From: Rhodospirillaceae bacterium | GTDB lineage: Bacteria; Pseudomonadota; Alphaproteobacteria; MPNO01; UBA2964 | Length of the DNA stretch: 64,000 bases | Direction of reading: 5' to 3' | Assembly (NCBI GenBank): GCA_002709075.1 | Contig: PAPV01000005.1 | Coordinates: 89,989-153,988, forward strand | In this document: piece after piece, positions 40,158 to 49,928 of the stretch | Layout of the letters: every line of letters starts with the position of its first letter | Position numbering within the stretch: the first letter of the stretch is position 1 | Translations under genes and position numbers: made by a program | The notes under the pieces: generated by a model | Database searches by the model: none | What the model was told of the DNA's origin: nothing | The model's input: the letters and a program-made list of their open reading frames with translations, nothing else

Positions 40158-40438
40158 CATTACGCTTGCACCAATACACACTGTTATTATTCAAAAACCT
40201 TCAATACTATACAGCAAAACACCAAATTGAAGTTTAATAAGAATTGTAAAATGTTTGCGCACAATTTTCTGCTCTTGAAGTAACTATTATATATTTCTCG
40301 GCAGGAAGTTGCTGTACCTTTATGGGGAAATTAAAAAATATGGCGGTATTAAAAAAGAAATTTCAATACTCACTTGTAGTTAACGTCACAACCGGCTATA
40401 AGCCGCGCCGTTAGAAAAATTTATAGGTAGTAATTATC

Positions 40439-40861
40439 ATGGCTATTGAGCGCACTCTTTCGATCATTAAACCTGATGCAACTAAGCGGAATTTAACTGG
40501 TCAGATTAATGAAAAATTTGAGGCAGCGGGTTTAAGAATTATTGCGCAGAGGCGGTTGCAATTGACCTCGGTTCAGGCAGAATTATTTTATGCGGTTCAT
40601 CAAGACCGAGCATTCTTCCGAGATTTATGTGACTTTATGATTTCCGGTCCCGTAGTAGTTCAGGTTCTTGAGGGTGAAAATGCTGTTACCCGCAACCGTG
40701 AAATCATGGGGGCGACAAATCCTGCAAACGCTGATGATGGAACTATAAGAGCAATGTATGCTGAGTCTATACAAGCAAATTCAGTCCACGGCTCAGACTC
40801 AATCGAAAATGCAGCAGTGGAGATTTCCTTTTTCTTTTCTCAAATCGATATAGTTGGCTAA
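40439..40861 (+). CDS. ndk: Nucleoside diphosphate kinase
   Basis: [12 protein letters not shown]-terminus and the NxxHGSD active-site histidine region. Confidence 0.95.
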   Translation: MAIERTLSIIKPDATKRNLTGQINEKFEAAGLRIIAQRRLQLTSVQAELFYAVHQDRAFFRDLCDFMISGPVVVQVLEGENAVTRNREIMGATNPANADDGTIRAMYAESIQANSVHGSDSIENAAVEISFFFSQIDIVG

Positions 40862-40896
40862 TTGTAAGTTATTGTGCCAATACTGGTATTTTAGCG

Positions 40897-41025
40897 TTAC
40901 AGTAGAAAGATTGCCATAAGAAGGAGTACCACGATTATTCCTATTGTGCTGTAGATCGTAACTGTACAGAAGCCTTTAAAGCCATCTTCTGCTTTTTTAG
41001 CGATGTCTTCATTTGTGTAAGCCAT
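40897..41025 (-). CDS. Unlisted 42-aa single-TM protein, possibly a bacterial aa3-type cytochrome oxidase subunit IV-like (COX4_pro_2-like) peptide
   Basis: Hand translation gives MAYTNEDIAKKAEDGFKGFCTVTIYSTIGIIVVLLLMAIFLL. The F-x-GF...T...hydrophobic-helix pattern resembles the ~45-aa subunit IV of alphaproteobacterial aa3 oxidases. Lies 56 bp downstream of purN on the same strand. Confidence 0.35.
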   Translation of the reverse strand: MAYTNEDIAKKAEDGFKGFCTVTIYSTIGIIVVLLLMAIFLL

Positions 41026-41081
41026 AATATACCCTTATAAATCCAAACTAACTATTTTGTACAAATATCCTGGCGTATAGG

Positions 41082-41762
41082 TCAAGTCCCGGTTTCATCA
41101 CTTGTATTTGTGCTTGAATCAGGATTCGCAACTCCTCGCTGCGGTTGTAAAACACCATTAAATTGTACCTTTTCATCCTCAACATAAATATTTCCTAGAG
41201 CTATCTCGCGAAGCGCAAATGCATAACATTTGTGTTCTTCCTCCAAAACGCGTGAAGCTAATGTTTCTGGAGTGTCATTAACTAATATTGGTATTGCAGT
41301 TTGGATTATGATTGGTCCAGAGTCTACTCCAACGCGAACATAATGAACGGTACAACCAGCAAACTTAGTATCATCGGATATAGCTCTTTCATGAGTGTAC
41401 AATCCGGGATAAGCGGGAAGCAAAGAGGGATGAATATTAATCAATTTGTTGTACCATCGGTCAACAAACTTCTTGGTTAGAATCCTCATAAATCCGGCCA
41501 AGCATACAAATTCGACACCTGATAACATTAGTCGGTTGGTGAGAGCTTCCTCAAATTGTTCACGGTTTGGAAAATCTGTGTGATCAATAACATCATAATT
41601 TAATCCGAATTCTGCTGCTAGGCTAAGCCCTGGAGCGTCATTTGTATTGGATATTACGAGAGCTATTTCTGCCGCAGAATTAGATCTGTTGCATTCTTCA
41701 ATCAATGCTTGCATATTGCTTCCCCGGCCAGAAATTAAGACCGCGGTTCTTAGGCGCGCCAT
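41082..41762 (-). CDS. purN: Phosphoribosylglycinamide formyltransferase
   Basis: VLISGRGSNMQAL N-terminus and the formyltransferase core with HPSLLP. Confidence 0.9.
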   Translation of the reverse strand: MARLRTAVLISGRGSNMQALIEECNRSNSAAEIALVISNTNDAPGLSLAAEFGLNYDVIDHTDFPNREQFEEALTNRLMLSGVEFVCLAGFMRILTKKFVDRWYNKLINIHPSLLPAYPGLYTHERAISDDTKFAGCTVHYVRVGVDSGPIIIQTAIPILVNDTPETLASRVLEEEHKCYAFALREIALGNIYVEDEKVQFNGVLQPQRGVANPDSSTNTSDETGT

Positions 41763-42847
41763 AACTGATCCGGATTCAGAATCTTCAAGCCTTTATTTTG
41801 GTTAGAAACTGTTTTCACCTCTCCAATTTTTTTAGATTCTTGTCCGCTTTCTGAGAGCAAACATAATGCTTTATGATGGTGTTCTGGTGCAACGAAGGCG
41901 ACCATTCCAATGCCACAATTAAACGTTTTAATCATCTCATTTGCTGTAACATTTCCTAACTCATGCAACCATGAAAATATTGGTGGTACCACCCACTCCT
42001 TTGCATCTAGAATTACTTGTTTCTCTCTCGGAACCACGCGTGGAATGTTTTCAACTAAACCTCCTCCAGTGATGTGAGCGAAACCTTTGGCCAAGCCCGC
42101 TCTATGTAACAACATGCATGCATTAACATAGATTGTGGTAGGTTTTAGTAGTTCTTCGTAAAGAGTATTGCCATTATAAGGGACTTTGTCGGAAAGTGAT
42201 AATCCATTATTTTTAAGTATTTTTCTTACGAGAGAGAAGCCATTTGAATGCAGTCCGCTCGATAACATACCTAAAACAATGTCACCAGAAGATATTGACG
42301 ATCCATTGATTAATGATTCTCTTTCAACTGCTCCAACTGCAAAACCGGCGAGATCATAATCATTTTTCGCGTATAAACCGGGCATCTCTGCCGTTTCCCC
42401 ACCAATTAAAGCGCAACCACTGCGCCGGCAGCCGTCGGCTATTCCAGCAATAACCTTTTTTGCGGTATTTGTGTTTAATTTACCAGTAGCAAAATAATCA
42501 AGAAAAAAAAGAGGCTCCGCACCTTGAACAATCAAGTCATTAACGCACATCGCAACAAGATCAATGCCTATTGTGTCGTGTTGATCAGTCTCACTTGCTA
42601 TTTTTAGCTTTGTTCCCACGCCATCTGTAGCAGCAACGAGCACAGGATCTTTGTATCCAGCAGCAGCCATGTCAAATAATCCCCCAAAACCACCTATCTC
42701 AGTGTCAGAGCCAGATCGTTTCGTTGACTTAACGAGAGGTCTTATTTCATTTATAAGATTTACTCCTGCCTCTATATCAACGCCAGCCCCCTTATAAGTA
42801 GCGTGTTTTGTCTCTTTCTTGCTGGTTGAAATCTGGATAATCTCCAT
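41750..42847 (-). CDS. purM: Phosphoribosylformylglycinamidine cyclo-ligase
   Basis: AIR synthase family pattern (YKGAGVDIEAG, DGVGTK, ITGGG). Confidence 0.95.
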   Translation of the reverse strand: MEIIQISTSKKETKHATYKGAGVDIEAGVNLINEIRPLVKSTKRSGSDTEIGGFGGLFDMAAAGYKDPVLVAATDGVGTKLKIASETDQHDTIGIDLVAMCVNDLIVQGAEPLFFLDYFATGKLNTNTAKKVIAGIADGCRRSGCALIGGETAEMPGLYAKNDYDLAGFAVGAVERESLINGSSISSGDIVLGMLSSGLHSNGFSLVRKILKNNGLSLSDKVPYNGNTLYEELLKPTTIYVNACMLLHRAGLAKGFAHITGGGLVENIPRVVPREKQVILDAKEWVVPPIFSWLHELGNVTANEMIKTFNCGIGMVAFVAPEHHHKALCLLSESGQESKKIGEVKTVSNQNKGLKILNPDQLWRA

Positions 42848-42898
42848 AAACTATGTGTTAATAAGATTAGAAAGATACCTTTTCTCTATGGGTTTGCA

Positions 42899-44026
42899 AT
42901 GTTCAGTTTGTCTTTTACCTCTCGTTTTCTATTTGTTGTTATCTTAATGACATCAATGATGGTTTATTTTATCAGCACTCCGTGTGCTCAGTTGCTTGAT
43001 ACTTATACCATTAATGGTGTGGAGGTAGACAAAACAGCAAAATCGGCAGCAGCGGCCCGCAGACTTGCACTGGCCGAAGGACGACAGCTCGCATTTTTGA
43101 GGTTAATCGAACGGCTTGTACCCAAAAAAGAACATCAAAATGTTCAAAAACCTAAAATTGAGCCCCTTGAGAGAATGATTTCGGGTGTGCAGATTGAAAG
43201 TGAAAAAAATTCACAGGTTCGGTACATAGCATCCCTAAACATTGAATTTGTAGCTTCGGAAGTACGCCGCTATCTAAGAGGGGCGGGCGTAGGCTTTGCT
43301 GAGACATTTAGTAAGCCCATCTTGGTATTGCCCATTTTACGAAGGGAAAGTGGAGATGTATTATGGAGTGAGATGAATGAATGGCATGAGGCATGGAAAA
43401 AATTACCAAAGTCATATTCATTAACACCTTTCAAAATACCTGATGCAGATCCGTTACTGAGTGGTTTAATTAATGCAGATCAGGCGTTAAATGGTGAACA
43501 AAGTCGAATTAATGCAATAGCTTCTTATTTTGGAACAAAAGGAGTTCTGTTAGCGGTTGCGACTGTGAAGCAAGATCGTTTATCGAGCGAGAACATTGTC
43601 GAGTTAGTTGTTAGTCGTTTTGGGACCGGCATTTCTGACAATACCGAAGTACGAAGTTTGCGTACGCCCATCTCTACTCCCATGAGTTCGTTTTTTGCGT
43701 CTGCTGCCAAACGGATAAGGGATGACTTTTCCGAAACCTGGAAAATAAATAACCAAATAAGATTCGCCGATCGCGATACTATTTATGTCACAGTAGAGTT
43801 TGACAGTCTTTTGGAGTGGATCGATATTCGGACTAAGTTGGAGGCTGTTGCAGCTTTAGAACAGATTGATGTAACCCGGATTTCATTGGATAAAGTGCTT
43901 TTAAGGCTCAGCTATTTTGGGAGTCCTGATCAGCTTTCTATGGGTTTGTCGCAAAAGAATTTGGAACTTAAACAAAATAACGGTAACTGGGCAATTACTT
44001 CTGTTAGTGGTGTTGTGCCCAACTAG
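42899..44026 (+). CDS. Conserved secreted hypothetical protein (DUF2066-like)
   Basis: N-terminal signal/TM segment and no catalytic motifs. Position upstream of pgsA. Confidence 0.4.
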   Translation: MFSLSFTSRFLFVVILMTSMMVYFISTPCAQLLDTYTINGVEVDKTAKSAAAARRLALAEGRQLAFLRLIERLVPKKEHQNVQKPKIEPLERMISGVQIESEKNSQVRYIASLNIEFVASEVRRYLRGAGVGFAETFSKPILVLPILRRESGDVLWSEMNEWHEAWKKLPKSYSLTPFKIPDADPLLSGLINADQALNGEQSRINAIASYFGTKGVLLAVATVKQDRLSSENIVELVVSRFGTGISDNTEVRSLRTPISTPMSSFFASAAKRIRDDFSETWKINNQIRFADRDTIYVTVEFDSLLEWIDIRTKLEAVAALEQIDVTRISLDKVLLRLSYFGSPDQLSMGLSQKNLELKQNNGNWAITSVSGVVPN

Positions 44027-44034
44027 GTCTTGAA

Positions 44035-44595
44035 ATGTTTTCCATCAATCTTCCGAATGTAATTTCTTTGGCAAGACTTTTCAGTGTTCCAATATTAGTT
44101 TGGCTTATTTTGAACGGACAGTTTCTTTGGGCTTTATGGCTATTTGTTGGTGCAGGTATCTCAGATGCCCTCGACGGATATATCGCCAAAAAATGGTCGC
44201 AAACTTCAACCCTTGGAACTTTCCTTGATCCTGTAGCTGACAAAGCATTGCTCGTTGGAGTATATTCAACGCTTGGTTTTATTGGAGAAATACCTCTTTG
44301 GATTGTGATCTTAGTGGTATTTCGTGATGCATTAATTATTGGTGGTGTGATTATGCTGCATATATCAATGGCGAGTGTGAAGATGCGCCCTATACTAATA
44401 AGTAAGGCTAACACTGCTTTTCAGATTTCTTTAGCAGTCTGGATACTTGGAGAGTTAGGATATGGCCTCGTGTTTTCAGGAATTAAATTTGGATTAATTT
44501 ATTTGGTTGCACTCTCAACCGTGCTGTCTGGAGGGGCGTATATAATGAGTCTGTTCGGTAGTGAAATGAATAAATCCGATGGTGGAGTTAAATAA
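44035..44595 (+). CDS. pgsA: CDP-diacylglycerol--glycerol-3-phosphate 3-phosphatidyltransferase
   Basis: DALDGYIAKKWSQTSTLGTFLDPVADK is the CDP-alcohol phosphatidyltransferase motif. 186 aa with an NLPN start. Confidence 0.85.
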   Translation: MFSINLPNVISLARLFSVPILVWLILNGQFLWALWLFVGAGISDALDGYIAKKWSQTSTLGTFLDPVADKALLVGVYSTLGFIGEIPLWIVILVVFRDALIIGGVIMLHISMASVKMRPILISKANTAFQISLAVWILGELGYGLVFSGIKFGLIYLVALSTVLSGGAYIMSLFGSEMNKSDGGVK

Positions 44596-45650
44596 TGCAA
44601 AAAGTTTTGTGGGTCATATTAGCGGCACTGTTACTCGTTGCTTTTATTTGGAGCATTTCGCAAATTTTATTTCCCTTTTTAATGGGTCTAATACTTGCTT
44701 ATTTGCTTGATCCATTGGTAGATTGGTTGGAACATATGAGGTTGCCTCGTTGGTTAGCGGCAATAGCAGTTACTTTGATGACAATTTTCATTGTGGTTGG
44801 TGTTTTATTGTTGCTTACACCTCTTCTCTATAATCAATCCTTGAGCTTAGCTGAAAAGGTTCCAATTTTTCTTCAAGAGTTACGTTTGATTGCACTAGAT
44901 TTTATGGACCAAATCAAGGAAAGACTCACTGGAGAACAGACCGCTGCACTCAAAGAAAAAGTAAATGACTTAGCTGGAAAAGGCTCATTTACATGGATGG
45001 CGGAAATCATTTCAAGTGTATGGGGTGGGGGGCTTGCGCTGATTAATGTTGTTTCACTTTTGATAATAACCCCTATTATTTTATTTTACATGTTAAGAGA
45101 TTGGGATCGCATTGTTGCTTCCACAAATAGACTGTTACCACCCAATCAGGCAGACACTATTCGTGACCTAGTAAAAAAAATAGACCGTGTACTGTCTGGT
45201 TTTATTCGTGGTCAGTTGATGGTATGTATCATGCTTGGATTATTATATTCGCTTGGTCTTGTTTTAATCGGATTAGATTTTGGTCTGGTGATTGGTCTGA
45301 CGACAGGATTTCTTTCTTTCATCCCATATGTCGGAATGTTGATTGGTTTTTCCCTGAGTGTGCTTGTAGCAATTGCTCAATTTGAGGCATGGCAGCCAAT
45401 CATTTACATTTTAGTCATCTTTGGATTAGGACAAATTCTTGAGGGAAGTATAATCACTCCAAAGTTTGTAGGCGATAAGGTCGGTTTGCACCCTACTTGG
45501 ATGATTTTTGCATTAATGGTAGGTGGAAGTTTATTTGGTCTTCTTGGAATATTGATGGCCGTCCCGGCTGCCGCAACTTTTGCTGTAATAGTTCGTTTCG
45601 TTTTGGCAAGCTGGCAAAAGAATGAGAGTTCGGCTGGCAATGTCCCCTAA
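44595..45650 (+). CDS. AI-2E family transporter (PerM/YdiK-like)
   Basis: Eight TM helices with an AI-2E-type N-terminus (FPFLMGLILAYLLDP). Confidence 0.75.
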   Translation: MQKVLWVILAALLLVAFIWSISQILFPFLMGLILAYLLDPLVDWLEHMRLPRWLAAIAVTLMTIFIVVGVLLLLTPLLYNQSLSLAEKVPIFLQELRLIALDFMDQIKERLTGEQTAALKEKVNDLAGKGSFTWMAEIISSVWGGGLALINVVSLLIITPIILFYMLRDWDRIVASTNRLLPPNQADTIRDLVKKIDRVLSGFIRGQLMVCIMLGLLYSLGLVLIGLDFGLVIGLTTGFLSFIPYVGMLIGFSLSVLVAIAQFEAWQPIIYILVIFGLGQILEGSIITPKFVGDKVGLHPTWMIFALMVGGSLFGLLGILMAVPAAATFAVIVRFVLASWQKNESSAGNVP

Positions 45651-46326
45651 GATTTTGCAAAAAAACAGACAATTTACACTTAAACTGCCGCGAAGGGCAG
45701 CCTTTGGTAAAGAAGAGTTTTTTGTTTCATCTTGTAATAGTAGGGCGGTGGATTGGATTGATCGTTGGCCCAAATGGCCATTACATGGTTTGGTTATTTG
45801 CGGTCCGCCAGGCTCAGGAAAGACCCATTTAAGTGCAGTCTGGCAGGCTCGTAGTAATGCAGCCGGTTTTAAAGGAAATGAAATACTTCAGGGTTTAGAA
45901 GTTCTTTTGAATAACGAATCACTTAAATCTTGCTTTGTGGATGATGCAGACTGTGCGGACCAAGAGATCCTTTTCCATATTTTCAATTGCGTTGTATCGC
46001 GAGGTGGGCAATTGGTCGTTACTGCTGTTGAACCACCAGCCAGATGGGCTCAAGGCCTGCCGGATTTGGTTTCACGATTGAAAACTCTCCCTGTAACGCA
46101 AATTGAGCGGCCTAATGACGAGATGTTACAGGTTGTATTGATGAAAATGTTTTCCGACAGGCAGTTAACGGTTTCTTTGGATGTTTTGACATATATAATT
46201 GTGAGAATGGATCGTAGTTTTGACTCCGCTCGGTATGTTGTGGAGACTCTCGATGTTGCATCTCTTTCTTATCAAAGGGCAATTACAATACCCTTTGTAA
46301 GGGAGGTATTTAAGGAGTGGACTTAG
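45640..46326 (+). CDS. hda: DnaA regulatory inactivator Hda (DnaA-homologous AAA+)
   Basis: Walker A ICGPPGSGKTHL and DnaA domain III-like body; ~230 aa. Confidence 0.8.
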   Translation: MSPKILQKNRQFTLKLPRRAAFGKEEFFVSSCNSRAVDWIDRWPKWPLHGLVICGPPGSGKTHLSAVWQARSNAAGFKGNEILQGLEVLLNNESLKSCFVDDADCADQEILFHIFNCVVSRGGQLVVTAVEPPARWAQGLPDLVSRLKTLPVTQIERPNDEMLQVVLMKMFSDRQLTVSLDVLTYIIVRMDRSFDSARYVVETLDVASLSYQRAITIPFVREVFKEWT

Positions 46327-47486
46327 ATTTCTTCTCCAGGTTTGACGAGTTTTATGTCTGAACCACTCGCGGTTAGGGCTAATTCCCCTTGTAATACTGA
46401 AACGGCGAACTGACCAAATAATTCTCCTCTCCATCCTGTCAAGGGACGGGGTTTAGAATCTGGGTTTGATATTACCATTTCTATTTCCTCTGAGGTTGAG
46501 ATCAACTTCTGTGCCACACCATTTTTTTCAGAACAGTACTTTAGTAACACTCTAATCAGTTCCCGAGCTCCTTCCATGTTCGAAACTTTATTGGGTCTAT
46601 GGGGTACTATGGGACAATAGTTTTCGGGTAATTCTTGACCTTGTCTTATTGCCTTCAATAATGCTTTTAGCGGTTTCCCTCTTAACTTTTCATTTCTCAT
46701 ACCCCTTAATGCTCTCAAGGCTATTTCATCTTTTGGCGCTTGAGCAGCTATCTCGAGCAAACCTTCGTCACGGACAACTCTATTCCTTGGAACATTGCGT
46801 CGTTGCGCTTCAATTTCTCGCCAAGCGGCGACTTCACGAAGGATAAGTAAAAAGCGGGGCTTTGTAGATCTAATTTTCAGCCTCCGCCACGCCTCCATCG
46901 GGTCAGGGTAATATGTAGCATTATTTGTAAGGGTTTCCATTTCTTCCGCTACCCAATCTGCCCGACCGTTTTCAGCAAGGGTTTTTCTCAATTTTTCATA
47001 TACCACCCTTAAATGTGTAACATCAGAAAGTGCATACTCGAGCTGTTTTTTAGAAAGAGGACGCCGTCGCCAATCAGTGTAGCGCATGGATTTATCAATT
47101 CTTTCTTTAGTTAGGCTTTTTACGAGTGCGTCATACCCAATAGAGTCCCCGTAGCCACAAACCATTGCAGAAATTTGCGTGTCAAATACAGGGGTCGGTA
47201 ATTTACCCATTAATTGCGAAAATATCTCAAAGTCTTGCCGTGCCGCGTGAAATACCTTTGTAACAGAGTTATTCAGCATAAGGTTAAACACTGGGGCAAG
47301 GTCAATCCCTGGGGCCATTGTATCAATTGCGGCTGCACACTCTTTGCCGCCAATTTGAATAAGACAAAGTTCCGACCAATATGTTCGTTCACGAATAAAT
47401 TCTGTATCAACAGTAATATAATCAGAAGAAGTTGATACTTTCTCGCAGAATTCTCTCAGGGATTTGTTATCAGAAATAAATGTCAT
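46323..47486 (-). CDS. rnd: Ribonuclease D. The track extends 53 codons further; MTFISDNKSL preferred
   Basis: DEDDy exonuclease motifs (ITVDTEF, YALSDV), HRDC region, divergent from aspS. Confidence 0.85.
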   Translation of the reverse strand: MTFISDNKSLREFCEKVSTSSDYITVDTEFIRERTYWSELCLIQIGGKECAAAIDTMAPGIDLAPVFNLMLNNSVTKVFHAARQDFEIFSQLMGKLPTPVFDTQISAMVCGYGDSIGYDALVKSLTKERIDKSMRYTDWRRRPLSKKQLEYALSDVTHLRVVYEKLRKTLAENGRADWVAEEMETLTNNATYYPDPMEAWRRLKIRSTKPRFLLILREVAAWREIEAQRRNVPRNRVVRDEGLLEIAAQAPKDEIALRALRGMRNEKLRGKPLKALLKAIRQGQELPENYCPIVPHRPNKVSNMEGARELIRVLLKYCSEKNGVAQKLISTSEEIEMVISNPDSKPRPLTGWRGELFGQFAVSVLQGELALTASGSDIKLVKPGEEI

Positions 47487-47626
47487 ACCTTTTCTATACA
47501 CAAATGTATGAAACTGCGATAGGTAAAGCTGTAACCACTTGACAGGTTGGGTGAATCCGTGGCCTTTGCCGAGGTGGCTTGGCCGAACTTTTGGATTTTG
47601 TCGAGTTTTAAATTTTGGGGCTAGAA

Positions 47627-49414
47627 ATGCACGAATATCGAACACATCGTTGCGGCGATTTACGTAAAGAGAACGCAGGAGAAAAGGTTAGATTATCTGG
47701 CTGGATACATAGGAAGCGTGATCATGGGAATTTGCTTTTTATTGACTTGCGAGATCATTACGGTATTACGCAATGTGTCATAGATGTATCCAGCCCAATA
47801 TTTCAGAGTGTGGAAAACGCAAGGTTAGAGACCGTCATCAGAGTTACGGGTGAAATTGTCAAGCGAAGTGATGACACTATTAACGCATCATTATCTACCG
47901 GTGACATAGAATTAAATATTAGCGAATTTGATGTTTTAGGTGAGGCAGGAAACTTGCCTCTCCAGGTAAATAGCGATGATGATTATGGAGAGGAAACTCG
48001 TCTCCGATATCGATTTCTCGATCTAAGACGTGATAGAATCCACAAGAACATTGTTCTTCGGTCTAGAGTGATTTCTGATATACGTCGTCGAATGACTGAT
48101 CAAGGTTTTATAGAGTTTCAGACACCAATTCTTACTTCAACCTCACCTGAGGGTGCCCGCGATTTTCTCGTTCCGAGCCGACTTCATCCAGGCGAATTTT
48201 ATGCGCTTCCTCAAGCCCCACAACAATTTAAACAACTAATAATGATTGCTGGATTTGATCGTTATTTTCAAATCGCCCCTTGTTTTCGTGATGAAGATGC
48301 TCGAGCCGATAGGTCACCTGGTGAATTTTACCAACTTGATATGGAAATGTCTTTTGTCTCTCAGGATGACGTATTTGACGCACTAGAACCCGTTTTACAC
48401 GGTATTTTTTCAGAATTTGGAAATAAAAAAGTGGTAACAAGTCCACCTTTCCCTCGTATCCCTTACGATGAAGCCCTTTTAAAATATGGCACTGATAAGC
48501 CGGATTTGCGTAATCCTATTGAAATCGAAGATGTTACTGAAATATGGCGTGGCACTGAATTTAAGATTTTTGCAAGTGCCATTGATAAAGGTTCGGTTGT
48601 TCGGGCAATTCCTGCGCCGGGAGCGGGCTCAAAACCACGAAGTTTTTTTGACAAGTTAAATGATTGGGCTCGAGCGGAGGGTGCAGGTGGTTTGGGTTAC
48701 ATTGTTTTTGAGAAAGGCGAAGGGAAGGGTCCAATTGCACGTTTTTTGGATGACGAGAGAATTAATAAGCTGAAGGTGCAAGCTGATTTAAAAGATGGTG
48801 ATGCGGTTTTTTTTACATGTGCCGCAGAATTAACGGCTTCACAATTTGCTGGAAAGGCAAGAACCAGAATTGGAGTTGATTTGGAATTAATTACCGATGA
48901 TCGTTTTGATTTCTGCTGGGTTGTAGACTACCCAATGTACGAAGCGGATCATCACACCGGTGAATTACAGTTTAGCCATAATCCATTCTCGATGCCGCAA
49001 GGTGGGTTGGAGGCGTTAGAGAAATTAGATCCGCTTGAAATTAAGGCTTACCAATATGACATAGTTTGTAATGGAATAGAACTCTCTAGCGGTGCTATAC
49101 GAAATCATCGTCCAGAAATAATGTACAAAGCATTTCAAATTGCCGGTTACACAACTGAGGAGGTGGAAACACGTTTTGGCGGTATGCTTAATGCACTAAA
49201 ATATGGTGCGCCACCGCACGGAGGATCAGCTCCAGGTATCGATCGGATAGTAATGTTATTGGCTAATGAAGAAAACATCAGAGAGATAACTATGTTTCCT
49301 ATGACACAGCAAGCACAGGATTTGATGATGGGAGCACCTGCTCCTGCTGATCGTTCACATTTAGATGAATTACATCTTGATGTTATTAAAAAACCCGAAA
49401 CAGGAGACAACTAA
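47627..49414 (+). CDS. aspS: Aspartate--tRNA ligase
   Basis: Class II aaRS motifs ([30 protein letters not shown]). Confidence 0.95.
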   Translation: MHEYRTHRCGDLRKENAGEKVRLSGWIHRKRDHGNLLFIDLRDHYGITQCVIDVSSPIFQSVENARLETVIRVTGEIVKRSDDTINASLSTGDIELNISEFDVLGEAGNLPLQVNSDDDYGEETRLRYRFLDLRRDRIHKNIVLRSRVISDIRRRMTDQGFIEFQTPILTSTSPEGARDFLVPSRLHPGEFYALPQAPQQFKQLIMIAGFDRYFQIAPCFRDEDARADRSPGEFYQLDMEMSFVSQDDVFDALEPVLHGIFSEFGNKKVVTSPPFPRIPYDEALLKYGTDKPDLRNPIEIEDVTEIWRGTEFKIFASAIDKGSVVRAIPAPGAGSKPRSFFDKLNDWARAEGAGGLGYIVFEKGEGKGPIARFLDDERINKLKVQADLKDGDAVFFTCAAELTASQFAGKARTRIGVDLELITDDRFDFCWVVDYPMYEADHHTGELQFSHNPFSMPQGGLEALEKLDPLEIKAYQYDIVCNGIELSSGAIRNHRPEIMYKAFQIAGYTTEEVETRFGGMLNALKYGAPPHGGSAPGIDRIVMLLANEENIREITMFPMTQQAQDLMMGAPAPADRSHLDELHLDVIKKPETGDN

Positions 49415-49528
49415 AAAGCGATTTAACTAAGCTGTAATGAAAAATTAAAATCTTACGTATTATGAATAGTTTTTTCTTCTTTCCGAGTAGCTCACAATCT
49501 TTTAATTTTTTTACTTCTTTTAATGGGG

Positions 49529-49696
49529 TTACTTGATTTTTTCTTCCTTAAACATGACATGTTTGCGTGCTACTGGATCATATTTACGTTGTTCCATTTT
49601 TTCGGTTATGGTCCGGGGGTTTTTACGAGTGATGTAATAATAACCTGTATCCGCGGTACTAACTAATTTTATTTGGATTGAATTTGTTTTTGCCAT
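49529..49696 (-). CDS. rpmG: 50S ribosomal protein L33 (55 aa, not in the ORF track)
   Basis: Hand translation gives [55 protein letters not shown], a canonical L33 pattern. Confidence 0.9.
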   Translation of the reverse strand: MAKTNSIQIKLVSTADTGYYYITRKNPRTITEKMEQRKYDPVARKHVMFKEEKIK

Positions 49697-49928
49697 GGTT
49701 CACTTTGTATTAGATTCATTTGGTTCAAGTTACACTTAACGACAAGCGTATCAAGGATTCTAGTTATTTTTCACTTATATATAACAGAGGTTTTTTTATG
49801 ATGTTAAATATCATGCTTTTTCTGTCTATCATACAATTCACAATTTTCAAATAGGGTTTAAGAAAAATAAAACTTTAAATTTAAGTTTTTGATGAATTGT
49901 TTTAAGTAATTCGGTGCATTTATTTATT

